A DNA stretch of 36,395 nucleotides. Origin: a virus. Taxonomy: Duplodnaviria; Caudoviricetes. Below the pieces are notes generated by a model that saw only the letters and a list, made by a program, of their open reading frames with translations, was not told the DNA's origin and searched no databases. This document shows positions 36,342 to 36,395 of the stretch, piece by piece (the stretch's first letter is position 1; the number at the start of each line of letters is the position of its first letter). The DNA lies in IMG/VR virus record IMGVR_UViG_3300030207_001643, positions 1-36,395 of that record, one strand, 5' to 3'. A program made the translations under genes and the position numbers.

Positions 36342-36395
36342 ATTTATTATAATAGTATTTATAATACTCATATAGCTTTATCCATATAGTTATAG
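36325..36395 (-). CDS. 3' end of an upstream gene (…IWIKLYEYYKYYYNKYAQKI*)
   Basis: Frame open from the window edge to TAA 36325-36327, overlapping the next start. Confidence 0.4.
   Translation of the reverse strand, partial: ITIWIKLYEYYKYYYNKYAQKI

Noticed and set aside
1-36395. Stop-codon reassignment as in some crAss-like phages
   Set aside because: Long genes are intact under code 11, and TAA, TAG and TGA all end genes at sensible junctions.
1-36395. tRNA, CRISPR array, integrase/transposase, DGR
   Set aside because: No cloverleaf, spaced direct repeats, recombinase or reverse-transcriptase motifs were seen, and intergenic space is minimal.

Overview
AT-rich tailed dsDNA phage segment, most likely a podovirus-like phage of Bacteroidota (Flavobacteria) with crAss-like/Cellulophaga-phage-like structural genes. 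The host is inferred from A-rich leaders without Shine-Dalgarno sequences and from signal peptides ending xNA-Q. The + strand (1-30793) is the late operon: terminase large subunit (5'-truncated), portal, scaffold-like protein, major capsid, ring/adaptor proteins, a split tail nozzle/muzzle, ejection proteins including a 2910-aa multidomain protein, a four-gene exported/outer-membrane cassette, a cluster of small basic proteins and an M15 endolysin. It converges at a terminator with a - strand nucleotide-metabolism block: nrdA, nrdB, an endonuclease I-like nuclease, MazG-like proteins and a T4 gp42-type dCMP hydroxymethylase. The most striking signal is a hidden layer of same-strand +1-frame overprinted ORFs, marked by local GC-rich, rare-codon patches inside terL, the scaffold gene, nrdA and nrdB. 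One of them (4274-4402, MPFKSEKQRRYLW...) resembles a small protein motif normally seen as a free-standing phage gene. Other highlights are a sigma-70-like module and a HAD domain inside the giant virion protein, a phage beta-barrel OMP cassette and probable cytosine modification. All family calls come from motif recognition by eye; no searches were run.
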